This document shows positions 52,103 to 64,000 of a DNA stretch of 64,000 bases, piece by piece. The DNA comes from Selaginella moellendorffii. Taxonomy: Eukaryota > Plantae > Lycopodiophyta. Each line of letters begins with the position of its first letter. The stretch's first letter is position 1. Location of the stretch: NCBI RefSeq assembly GCF_000143415.4, contig NW_003314343.1, positions 56,855-120,854 on the forward strand. The letters are read 5' to 3'. Under the pieces are notes generated by a model. The model did not search any database. It saw only the letters and a program-made list of their open reading frames with translations, and was not told the DNA's origin. The position numbers and the translations under genes were made by a program.

Positions 52103-55100
52103 ATGGTAAGTCTTTTAGGCCAAGTAGAAAATGGCATGAGGCCATATGCCATTCAGTAGCAACATTGGCATGCACCGATTGGGCTCTCGAGTGCAGTCCG
52201 GTTACAGATGGCGTGTAGCCTCACGCCATCTTAGGATGCAGCCTCAAGACATCTGATGCAGTGGTGAATGGCGTGTGGCCTCACGTTATTTCCAGCTGCT
52301 AGCTTTTCATCTGTCAGCTCTAATTGTTGTGCATTTCTGAACAGGCAAGGAATTGCGTTCTTCTTCCAGCCACTGTCAATGTGGATGCAGAGAAGGGGGA
52401 GGAGCTCACCAGTTGGACTTTTGGGATGGAAGGCGAGGATCTGAGGCTGTACAACACAGATGGTGGGAGAAAAGAATGCATGGGGATCCTCATCCAAGTG
52501 ACAGACACTCCATGCAGTTCCATGCAAGAATATGGACTGGCACTTGTGGTAGAGACAGCGTCCGCCTTCAAGATCCACCTTGCACATCCTAGCGGCTTCC
52601 CGGAGGGGGGCAGCGGCTATGAGGAATTCCTAAAGGGAGCTAGGGAGAGGTTGTCCAGGAGGCCCACAATTTCAAAGACGCTGCAGGTCTATGAAGATCA
52701 CATGGAATCCATGGACCTCACCTACGGCGATGTTCAAAAACTATATTCCAACATTGAGCCGTTGAGAGTGCCTCCAATTCGCAAAGCGAAGGGGAAGGGG
52801 GTCAATCTGGAAACTACCCCGAAGCAGAAAAGGGTGGTCAAGCTCAAGCCGACGTCCGACTCTCCTTCTCCAAAAAAGAAGCTACTCGGTGATGCCATTG
52901 CCTCGGGTTCGAACACTACACCCACCAAAAAGAAGAGCCGCAAAGAGCAGAAAGAGCAAGAAGAGGCAGCAAAAATCGTCGCAGTTAATAGTACTTGTTA
53001 CTATTCCAACAAAGTATATACAATCGACGTGAGCCGTATCGACATCCAAAGCAAATACAACCACAGGCTAGTATCTGATGAGTGGGTGGAGAAACTGAAG
53101 CAGAAGATGCTGGCAAGTCCAGTAACACCCGACATCGCAGACGTGATCCCCTACTACCAAACAATGAAGGGCAAGACGAGGTTTCCAAACTTGATCAATA
53201 GGAAGGTGTTGGACGATCAGAACATCCGGTTCTATGCCGTCTCCAGGCAGCATTCTAGCTTGGCGATGCAAGAGATAGTTGTGGATATTATGGTGGGCGA
53301 AGAGGTGAAGAAAGTTTTCAAGACAAGAGTTGTCCGCCTGATAAAAGGCAACTCGCCCCTCCGATCTATCATATACATCTCCCACGCGCAGAATGTCAAG
53401 CAAGAAACGTGCTACAAATCGGGTCTGCACGAGACATTGGCACGAATACGGAAGCTCTGGGTTCAACTGAAGAAGCCACAAAAACCAGGACAAGGACGTG
53501 CACTAGCAACTAGCGCCTGGCAGGTAAGCCTCATTGCATGTGGCATAGCATGTGGCCTCACGCCATTTCCATTGCAGGAATTCTCGAGTCTTCTCTCGAA
53601 AACACTAGGGGTCAATGACACACTCATCATCCATAACATTCTACTTGCGACAAAAGTTGTTTTTGACAAATGGGTAGATGTACTGAGGAGGTACCATGAC
53701 GGGGAGTTGCTAAACTCAATGGGTGTGGAGGACGGCCGGAAGCCCAATGATTTGAAGCTCAACACCTTGCGTTTCTCACAGTCTCTAGACGACGACGACC
53801 TTCTGACAGTGGCTAATGCTCTTCTACGTGGTGAGGTAGTCTTCAACAAGACCAAAATGACTCCCGGCCATATTGTGACATACGAGGACTTGTGCACGAC
53901 TCTGAGAGCTCGTGCGCTATTGAAGGATTGGATCTTCGAGCAAGTGGCCGTGGAGAGGGTGAGCATCGACACCACGCAAGAGATGATGGAAGAGCTGGAG
54001 TTGTCAAATGAAGACATCGACGAGTACGTGAAGGGGGCCCCCAAGTTCATCGATCTGCTGCGGGATGCCACGAAAAGTAAAGCTGAGAAGTTGGATCAGT
54101 ATCCAAATTTCATTAAGAGGGATGTCGACCGCCGGCTTCAGAAACAGCTCGACCCCGCAACAGAGGCCTATCGAGAACCTTACCAGGTATACGTGAATTT
54201 GGATGAGGATCAAAGGTGGAGGAGCATCGTTTCCCGCGGAGATGAGCAGGTCAAGAACATCTTTTGTGTGATGGACTTCACAAACGAGGAGATCACTCAT
54301 GCAGACGAAGTCAGCTCCATCATTGACTTAATGGTGGGACTTGCGGAGGTGGAATCTTCAGTCCACTATATGATCTACAACTCCGAATCCTATCACAAGT
54401 TCTGGAAGGCCTTGAACGAGGTGAAGGCTCGGTTAAAAGGCAAGGAGATGCGGGAGATCCATGGGATAATGGCTAAGAAGAAGATACCGACGAATGTCCG
54501 CATCTTCACACTCGCCCTTGTTATTGGTCCTGCAGCAGAGTGGGACTGGAGTGACTTCCCAGCTTCGTTCGACAAGGCCGATCGAATTGATCTGAGGGAG
54601 GTCAATTTACCCGTGCCTGAGGAACTGAAGATGGCTATGGAGCTTTCGAATCCAGAGAAAGCTCCAGGTGCAGCATGGGAAATGCTCAGCTGGGTCTTCA
54701 ACGCAATAGCAGATGAGTCACCTGCTTGCGACTCCAAGGGCAAATGCGTTGTTGAGTACAACTGCGGCGGACTATTCTTTCGAACCGCACTACTCAAGGG
54801 TGTCCCGTGTGTTGCGGTGACAAACTCCATTGAAGAGGTGACTTCAATGGAGCATATAATTACAGTTGCCAAAGAAAAACAGTATCTTCTCTGCGAACCT
54901 GGTGAGTACGCACTTTAAGTTTAAATGTTATCTCACAAACTCTGTATGCAGGAGTGTGGCCACCCCCAGATGCTGAAACGGCGTTAACAGCTACTGTTGA
55001 AGATACCCATGTTGGGCCGAGCTCACAACCTGCACAAGGTAAGGTCATGTGAGGCCTCACGCCATTTTGATTATAGATCGTTGTGAATATTCAGACACGA

Positions 55101-57720
55101 GGACTGAAAAACGCACTGGTGGCGCGTCGAAGAAGGACAAACAGACAAGCAATAGGAAAAAAGGAGGTACAAATTATATTTGCAATGGCGTGTGGTCTCA
55201 TGCCATTCCTTGCAGGAGACACTTCTCCAAAGGCAAAACAGGCAAGCACCAGCCAAGCTCAAACTGACAATGGTCATAAAAAGCGAAAGCACGTTGGACA
55301 GTCGTCGGGATCAGAGGCGTTTGATTCGAAAAGGAAGAAGGGCAACAAAAAGATGATAGGTAATGCCTCGCGGTTATGGCGTGTGTGCTCATGCCATTCA
55401 TTGCAGATCAAGGGCTAAGTGAAAGCAGCCAGTCACCACCTCCTGACTCAGATTCCTATGGCGGACTCCCCTTTCCCAATCTCAATGGAGAGGTACAATG
55501 GATGAGGGATGCTTTTCAAGTCATGGCCACGTTTTTCTCATCTCGTCGTCTTCGAAGGGTGCAAGAATGTGCAGAAACCATGTTAAGACAGTCGGGTGAG
55601 GATACGGTCCTAGGTCACGCACTAAAACAGGCTATGGATGTCTTGTATTTTGAGATGGAGACTCGGCCAGATGATTTTCCCAAGATGGTCCTGGAAGAAC
55701 AAGCCATCCAGCCTGAGCAGCCTATGGAAGAAATGCAGGAGGGGGATGAGGAGCCAGAGAAAGATAATGAGCAGGAAGAGCAGAAGGACGAAGAGGAGGA
55801 CAAAGAAGAGGAGGACGAAGAAGAGGAGGACGAAGAGGACTTGGATGGCCCTCACAATGGTGACGATCACAATAACGACGATGACGATGATGACGACGAT
55901 GGCCAGCCTGAGGTGGCCAAAGAGCAGCGGAGGAAGGTCATACAAGACAAACCATCAGGTAAATAATAGTACATCCATTCCTAACCTTTTACCATTTCTA
56001 ACATTGTCCATGTAGGTCGCAGAGCAAATGGTAAGTAGAGATTATTCAGTTGAATTAAGATACAAACTCTAGCTTTTAGTGTCGAGGAAGGATAGTGCCA
56101 AGCAAGGGTCGAAACGTATGTCCAATCCTTCAGAATCAGCAGTGCGCCCAAGTGATATCGATCCTAGTTCCTCAATAGTAGTTGATGGTAAATACAGTAT
56201 AGTCGATTCAATGTGCTAATGAGTTTGTTTTTAGTAGCACGGGAGGATACCATCTCAATCGAAGGGAGATATTTGGATATGCATATGGATCCGCCAGTGG
56301 ACTCTACTTGCCTGCAAGAGTCATCAGAGCTGGTGGAGGCTACTATCCATATCAACGCCAAGCAAGCTGACCACGCTCCACTTGATGCTGCCCATACCAC
56401 TGAGTCAATCTTGTCCACGTATCCAACTGACGGTGACCAGGCGCCATTGGACCCGCATGAGGCCGCCCCAGCTGCCAAGCCGGTCGTATCCTCATTTCCA
56501 ACGGACTCAACGTGTGCCCAATCGTTTGACTACGCGCCGTTGGAACCTCCCTACACCGCCCCTGCTGCCTGTTCGGTCATGTCCACTTTGCCAACGGAGG
56601 CACTAGCTAAAATGGCGTGTGATCACACGCCATTGGAACCACCCCATGCCACTGTTGAGCCAGTTGTACCAGAGTCTACAGCTGAAATGGCATGTGCCCA
56701 CACGCCATCGGATGCGATTGACCCCACATTGCAGAGGAGAGTATTTCCGCCCTTCACGTTTCCTCGACTAAAACCCTCTCAACGACCATCGGGAGCACCA
56801 TTCTCTAATATTGTAGATGGTAAAATTGACTTGTACCATTTTTTATGCTAACGCATTTCATTTTAGAGTCATGGCGAAGGTACTATATCATTTTTGATCT
56901 GAACAGTGTCCTTTTCTCCCATGAGCGTGGCTCGTCCTCGAATGTCACTGCACCCTCCAAAGCCTGCGGTCGCAAGTTGGTCAAAAGAGACAGATTCACA
57001 TTAATCACACGGGAGAAACTGCGGGATCTAATAATGACCATGCAACACTTAAAACAGAGGGCCGGGTTCAATTTGCAATTGGGAGTTTGGACATCCATGA
57101 TGCGCCACAATGCATTAACGTTGCTACAGATGATGCACGATCAAACGCGAATAATATTACCATTTGACTTTCTCCTAACGCAGGAGGATTGCTTAACTAT
57201 GGTCCATGTGAGGGGTAGCAAGCCCATCTTCCTCAAGCCAGAGGCTGTAGTGATGAACCGAACTGCTGAAATCCTCATCATCGATGACTCGCCGATTAAA
57301 ACTGTAGCGAACACGCACACATATGCAGTGCACCCCATCTCTTGCAGTATGGAAACTAGGGAGAAGAAACCGTATGTTCTGGGGGACCTTGCAAAACGAC
57401 TTGGAGCGATAGTGATAGAGAACCGGCCAGTCCAGGAGGTGGCTGCAAAAATCAACCAAATGGCAGATGGAACGGTATATCAGAAGCCATTTGATCGGAC
57501 AGACACCAGTCATCATTTATGGCATGTATATTGTCTAGCCAAGCACTATCCGCATCTCCATAATCTGCTCAACCGGATGGGTTCTTCGACCACTGAACAT
57601 GAGCGTGGACGTATTAGAGAAGAGATGGCATTACTATTGGGTTTAAATCCTGATAGTGTGGAGAGTGATGAAATTCCAAGATTATTGTATAGGCGTTGGA
57701 GACAAAAAATAACAGTTTGA
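52103..57720 (+). CDS. Multi-exon cargo gene, copy 2 (~1650 aa): ParB/DndB-like + MTase-like + acidic linker + FCP1/HAD-like phosphatase
   Basis: Predicted introns 53524-53577, 54902-54951, 55039-55094, 55167-55215, 55360-55406, 55959-56015, 56031-56079, 56188-56234 and 56820-56866. Splicing keeps one open frame to TGA 57720. The 5' exons (ATG 52103 followed by GTAAG) are uncertain. Confidence 0.75.
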
Positions 57721-58166
57721 GATGGCATGTATTTATTTAAAAATGTAACTTATTATGGCATGGGGTTCCATGCCATTGTATTAATATTAAAAGACAATTC
57801 TTTGAGAGGATTTGCATTATACTAGAAGTGTTACAGCATGTTATTGGAAGTCTACGAAGTTGTTTTATTAATAAGGGGAAAGTAAAGATTGAATGGGGAC
57901 TTGGGCTCCACCTAGACTCGGAGCAACTGAGCCAATATTAAAAGGATGGAAAGAAATTGGACGACAATGACAAGGAGAAGAGAGAGGTGAAGCAGTGGCA
58001 GGGGGAGGAGAAGTGATTGAGTAGACATTTCCTTGTTTAAAATAAAATGGCATGTGCCTCAATGCAGTTGAATTTTGTTATATTTATATACTATATAAAG
58101 GTTTGGAAACCTTATTTTACAAGTGGGATAATGACAATTCCTACTTTAACGAAATAGAGCTTATCA

Positions 58167-61100
58167 GTGGTTACGTGAGTTGTACCTTGTACGATGGGAT
58201 AAGTAAACCTTCCCTGGGTTTGCTATGAGTGGCAAATAGGCTGGTCTATGGCTGTTTAGCACGGCACTAGTGGATCCTTCCTAGGCATGATTATAAATGG
58301 ATTAATGAAGACTATAGGGATGAGTCTATTGATTCAAGTAATCATTGCCGTGCTCTCTCATAACTTTTCTTGGATTGGACTGAAGGCAGTGCGAAAGCAA
58401 GCTTGAGGTTTAGTCAAAGATGAGACCGAAAAGAGAGTCGTTAGGGACGAAGAATCAAACACGTAAATCATTTTCTCTTCTTGGAGAAATGATCTGCAAC
58501 GAGGTGTTAACTCATTGCTTGTGTTCACATCATGCAATTAAGAGTCCCTATCTTGATGCATGTTGGAGATGGTGGTTTTACAATGGTGAGTTATGGGATG
58601 GATAGCGGTGAAGTGCTATACCATTTTGTCTAGGCTTGCTATTGGAAGACTTGGGTTGCAATGCTTAATTCTTTTCCGGGGAACCTTGTTATTGCTCCTT
58701 GAGTAGCTTGGTGTTGGATTAGTGTTGAGTTTGGTCAAAAAGAGAGTGGCATGAGCTTGTCCGTGTTATGAACAAAAGTTAGTGGTGTTAGGTGTTGTAA
58801 ATCTCTATTGATGGGGTGTGGCATTTATGTTGCATTTTGTCGAATTGAGTTGGCACTTATGACATGGGTGTTGCTCGTGATGTTGCTTGATTGATGATCA
58901 AGTCATTGTGATTTTTTTTATATTATATCCATATGATAGTGAGAAATGTATTTACGAAGTTGCTTTGGTAAACAATGATCAACCCCAAAGTGGTTGATGG
59001 TGAAGCTATTCTACTTGCACATAGTAGCATTGTAGTAGCTTTGACTAAATTCTCGTTGGTGATTCATTATGCTAAGCTTAAGTTAGTATCTTGTCTCCTT
59101 AAGAGTTGGCCTATAAGGTGTTGGAAAAGAGTTGTAGCATTCACTTGCTATGGCTTGTCGATTGATCTGTTAGCACTTGGAGTAGATTGTTGGATGGAGA
59201 AGGTGTGTAGTTGAGGCATTGACATCGCTAGCACTTGTGTTAGTGGAAGTGACATTGTTATTTCAAGTGATGAGGAATTCTCCTTAGACCTTGATTTTTC
59301 ATGTCATTTTTCTTGTTAGTGTTTTGGCTTCATATCGGATCTTGAAGGTGGTTGAAGAAGAGTGTTGATGCAATATGAATGTCTGAAGATGTGGTCTTCG
59401 TGATCAAGCTTTGGATGTTCATTTTGCATTTTGCGGATGTCGGTGTTGGACGTTGGAAAAATAGGCAAAGATGTTCGATGCTTAAGCATACTGTTGGTCA
59501 TGAGAATTTGTGTTGAGGTGAACCTATGTGAAGCTGTTGGTAGGAGGAAGTTGGTTTTGTCTTGAAAGTTTGTATTCCTGGACTGAGAGTCATTCTTTCT
59601 TTAGGATGGAAAATTTTCCATAAATTTTCTTAGACTTTTCCAATGGCTAATCTATTGATCACTTTGCTTGAAAACCATTCCGTTTTTGTAAGCCAATACA
59701 AACTAGTGAAAGAGTTGGAGTTGACTTCAGTTAGCTTAGACCGTAATAGGTGGTTTGTATGATGCGACCCGAAAGGGATGCTGACTTTTGAGCTAAGGCA
59801 ATTGAGTTGGATAGAATCTGGAGTTGGTGTAAAAAAGTGGCTGTTGCGCTTTTCTACAAAGGGTGACCCTTGTACCTTTCTTCTTTAGTGTTGTGCTTGG
59901 TGGCAGGTTGCACCTTGCATTTCATTAGACTCTATGAGAGTAGTGAGCTCTCACTGATCTTGACTTGGTCTTGGTGGCTCTGCACCTTGACTGAGGATAG
60001 TGATGTCCAACTTAGTTATTTGAGGTTGAGATGTTGGTACCTGTATTATAGCCTTGTTAGTGAGGAGGTTGTGTACCGATATGAATTCATCTCATGGTCT
60101 TCACTTTAGTTTCGGCTAAGTGTTGATTATGCATAGCTAGCCTCTTCAAAGCATACTCAGAGCTATTAACTAGACGCATTGGTGAGCTTATTGCGGTTGA
60201 GTTAGATTTGAGTGGTCATTTAGTTTGTGCCTGTCCATGAGCTAATATCTCATGTCTAAGGTGTTATGTTCATATTGGACAAGTATATGACTTGATGACG
60301 TGAGTTGGTGTTTAGGTCTTGTGAAGGCAAATTGAAGAGTGGTTATTGGTTGCTTTGCAACTAGTGATTGCTTGTAGAGTTCGTTAAGGACTATTGACAC
60401 TTGCTTCACTCGATGAAGATATAGCAGTGGTGGGCTTGCTTTACCGGATGGTGTTGCGGAAGATCGTGTTGTGGCTTGCATAGTTTTTCATGTTGGCATA
60501 TCGATTCTTTTGTCGATATCATTTGGTTACGTTTAGTCTGTAGTGTTGGATTTCATGGAGTCTTGGATGTGGTGATTCACTCCTTGAGGAAGTGTTATCT
60601 ATAACTAAGTTTTGCTGAAGTATTGGTCTCGGATACTAAGTAAAGTATCTTCGACTTTGGTTAGCTTAGTTACTAAGAGAGTTTTGAGTGGTGGTTCACT
60701 CTTGCTTTCTTTTAGCTTTGTTATGGTGTTGATGGCATTGAAGTGATGCCTTATCATTGATATTATTGATGTCGAGTTTCATTAGTCTCGATGAAGATAG
60801 TGTTAATGATTTGGCTATGACTTTGTGTTATTAGCATTCATGCAATTGCTAGTTAGCAACTGCATTGACGTTCAAACAAGCTGAGTGGCAAGTTTGAGTT
60901 AGTTGTGTTCTAGACGAAATTGTTTAGTAGAGGTTGAGCTTTGAGCTTTTCCTTGAAAAGTGATTTAGTCATAGACTATGCTAACTTTATGAGAGGAAGA
61001 GTTAGTGATTGGTATTAAAGTGATTGAATCCTTGTTGGATTTCAATTGGGATATATTGATCATTGATGATTCTTCTTGTGCTTGTTATAAAGTGAGTTAC

Positions 61101-62300
61101 GTCTTGCTATAGATGGATTCATGGAAGATCAGTTTGATGATCACTTGTTGAGCATAGCTTCGTTATGTTTAGCTTTTGGATTGATGCAGATATGCTCTTC
61201 ATTAGCTTTGGCATTATGATGTTTGGCTTATGGATATGTTGAGGAGGATATTATGGGTTGTACCATGATTTCTTCTTAGTATTGAAGTTAGTATATGTGA
61301 GACTCGTGATCATTGTTAGGCAAGACTTGGCTATAGACTTCTTTAAAATTTTGGTTCCTTGAGTTTTGTGCTCATTGTTCCATTTGTTATAAGTTGTTGG
61401 GGAAGGCATTTTGGCTTATTAGCTTTGATATTGAAGTTGGCTTTTGCATCTAGCAATCATTGGTGAAGATTGACTGTCATCTGGGATAGTTGATTGTCCT
61501 TGTCAAAGTTTTGCTTGATTGTTATTGATATAGAATGATGTGCCATTCTTTAAGGTGGTGGATTCTTCCTTCAATGATGATTATGCATCTCTCTATTGAT
61601 GGGATGATTGATGGTCTTTCATGATGGTTAGTTGTTCTCTTTGATGGCTTTTGGCTTTTCGCATTACCACATGTTCTTTGTGGTTTGCTTTGGATTGGTC
61701 TCTTGGGTTTGCGACATCAATAGGATGTTGCTAACACTTGCTTGAGCAATTCTGGTTCCTTGGTATTGTTGACCGGGATCTATTCAAATTGACTAGTGCA
61801 ATCATTAGCATGAACGAGTGTTTGTTTGTTTTGCAACATTCATTTTGTTCTGTTGATTATTGCTTAAGTTGGATTTGGTAGATTGGGATGTTATCTCCTT
61901 TGCATGATACATTCGCGAGCATTTTGCTTGCCAGTCAACAATACTTTGTGTTCTTTGAGTTCTCTTTCATAAGTGGCTTGGCATGCTATCTGAAATCTTT
62001 AATAGTTAATTTTTATCATCAAATGTTATTGATGGTATACTTGCTATTGAATTTTATTGGATAGTGAATCCTATGTTTTCCAACTCTAGTGATCTTGGTG
62101 GATCCTATACTATATACCATATTACTGATTTATCGGATGATAACTTACTTGGAATACTTTTGTGTTCTAATCTAAGCTTTAATCACTGATAATTAAGACT
62201 CTAAAATATCATTGTCTATGACTTTGATATTGTCCATCTATTGATCTTTGAGTTTGGGCCAGTATAGGCAGACTAGCTTCGGCACTTCATGTGCATGCTG
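58167..62300 (-). mobile_element. Highly degenerate L1-like LINE relic (boundaries approximate)
   Basis: A/C-rich minus strand. ORF 60242-60481 has PLLYL followed by HILVQYEHNT, resembling RT motifs QGCPLSPLL and QYADDT. Confidence 0.5.
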
Positions 62301-62778
62301 AAATCTCTAGTCATGGGGTAGTTACTGTCGACTGGTCACATAACCCACCTCTCTGTCGATGTTCCTTGTTCGTTAAAAGGGCGTGACCGTGTAAACAACT
62401 CTAACTGCCTGTTTACAGTAGTCTATCTAAACCTTACCGACGAGTTTGGTTTCTTTGCTCATGAGGGTTGGGGCTTTTGGCTTCTCTCTCTATGTCCTTG
62501 CGGGCAAGGGCATATCACATTTTTGTAAGCTGGGTGACTCTCAGAGCAGCAAGGGTGGCTGACTCCATTGGTCATTTCCTTGTCGGCGACGGCCGGAAGG
62601 TGTCTGAGCTGGTAGCGCATCCGCGTTAGACAAAGAGGTTGCCTCCTAACTCATTTAAGTTGGTGCATTTCTCACATAGTGTGAGTACTGTGAACTTTTT
62701 CTGGAGTTGTTTCCTTGGCGGTATTCTAGACTCGAGTGTGCATCGACGAGGACGTCGATCTTCCCTAGGGGGGGAGAG

Positions 62779-63300
62779 TGTCGCGAATGTGACTTTGGGT
62801 ATTGAAAGTTACCTGTCGACCAGTCCTTACGGACACTCTTACCTTACTGCCACGATGGCAGAAGATCGGTATTGCTGGACTCGTTATCAGTCTCCGCCTA
62901 AGCTAGTTGAGAAACTGGTCTTCACGTGTGCACTTGACCAGATGAGCATAAGGAAGAAATTCCTAAGTGTCTATTTAGTCAAGCATATTTGACCTGGTTA
63001 GAGAAACTCATTCGTTGACTTGCACTTGCTAGTGTTGGGAACCCTTGCGATATTGAGATTGGTCCCTCAATAATCGCTAGATGATAGCTTACCGTGTTTG
63101 TCAAACACCCTCGCTATCATGCCCTTTTTGTTAGTCTCATTTCGGTCCCAAATGCTATTTATGGAAAGTGTCTGGATTTGCTCATTTGGCATATCTACGA
63201 AATGTAGAGATTGTTCTGAACACAAAGGTGTTCATCCCGTGTCCAAATTCACAATCTAGCACCATTCCATATTTAATAAGTTTCAAGCTTGTCCCAGAGA
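62779..63300 (+). repeat. Family D 3' LTR after PPT AGGGGGGGAGAG (right end uncertain)
   Basis: Polypurine run followed by TGTCGCG. The start is shared with 43296. Confidence 0.5.
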
Positions 63301-63925
63301 CTAACTCCTGATACTAAGGGAGGCTTGGGGTGAAAGCCCAAAGCATGTGTTCCTCAAGGAGGGGGGGGGGTTATGGGGGGTTCCAAATGTATAGTAGGGA
63401 TAGTGGGTAGGTCGGGCATGGCCAACCAACCAGAGGCATAGTCTAGCTCCCGCTTGTGTGTCTGTCCTTGTTCTGCGTCCTGCTTGGGTCTAAGCCCAAG
63501 TTCCATACCATGCTAGTTGGTGGGGTACCCATATCCTCGCGTTAGGCCACCGGTATGCTGAAATAGCGCCAGACTCCATTTCGCTCCGTTTTGTGTGCTG
63601 GTTCTGGCATTGGGATGCTGGTTGCTCCAGGACTGTTCCAAGTCGCTCTGGGCTCCTGTCCCTTCGCTCCTTGGGCTGCATGCTCGGGAGTTGCTTCGTG
63701 GTTCGGTTTTGTCACTCCTTAGCTCCATACTTGGGAGTTTGGCACCGGTCCTTCGTTCAGTGGCCCAAGGCCCTGAACCTCGGGTTCCACACCACGTTCC
63801 TTTGGACACGTGGCATGTGACATGTGGCATCTGTCACGTGGCACAAAGAGGGTTTTGGTTCCGCTTCGTGGTGTTATCCTATGGTAAATCACCATAGGAT
63901 AAAGGGTAAAACCACGTGCGCTACA
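63300..63925 (-). repeat. LTR-like family E (left end uncertain)
   Basis: Minus strand starts TGTAGCGCACG. Homologous to 42990-43295. Confidence 0.55.
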
Positions 63926-64000
63926 GACAGCACCTCCAGCTGCAGCTACCACTATGCATTAGGTACGAACGTCCGGCTTCAACTACCCACTATCACTACT

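Larger units (their letters stand above)
44477..58162 (-). mobile_element. Large Sola-like TIR DNA transposon, copy 2 (inverted relative to copy 1)
   Basis: TIRs 44477-44500 and 58139-58162. TSD ATCA at 44473-44476 and 58163-58166. Same gene content as copy 1. Confidence 0.9.

Noticed and set aside
54180-54900. Active DNA methyltransferase call
   Set aside because: There is no DPPY/SPPY/NPPY or intact FxGxG motif, so only fold-level resemblance is claimed.
18332-58162. The two copies as a collapsed or segmental inverted duplication
   Set aside because: Similarity stops exactly at the TIRs, the TSDs and flanks differ, and the copies carry private mutations.
58400-63000. Short ORFs in the GT-rich region as host genes
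   Set aside because: They have no recognisable domains and are better explained as a decayed minus-strand LINE.

Overview
Repeat-dense eukaryotic window with no ordinary host gene. It is probably from a seed-free land plant (inference from TTTAGGG telomere motifs, about 50-nt GT-AG introns, chromoviruses and a Penelope-like RT). It is a nest of degraded retroelements: a Penelope-like RT fragment, several Ty3/Gypsy families including a chromovirus, and an L1-like LINE relic. The highlight is two inverted copies of a ~13.5-kb cut-and-paste DNA transposon (18332-31856 and 44477-58162) with 24-bp TIRs (AAGCTCTATTTCRTTAAAGTGGGA) and distinct 4-bp TSDs (TTAA and ATCA). Each copy carries a Sola-like DDD transposase and a divergently oriented cargo gene. 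Splicing that gene by hand across 47-57-nt introns joins six separate ORFs into one ~1650-aa protein: ParB/DndB-like domain, degenerate N4/N6-methyltransferase-like fold, acidic linker and FCP1/HAD-like phosphatase. The element also carries about 30 copies of a 22-bp palindrome (ATGGCRTGWGGCCWCAYGCCAT) in its introns, exons and spacers, which suggests a ParB/parS-like self-recognition system on a eukaryotic transposon. Domain calls come from motif recognition only, not database searches.
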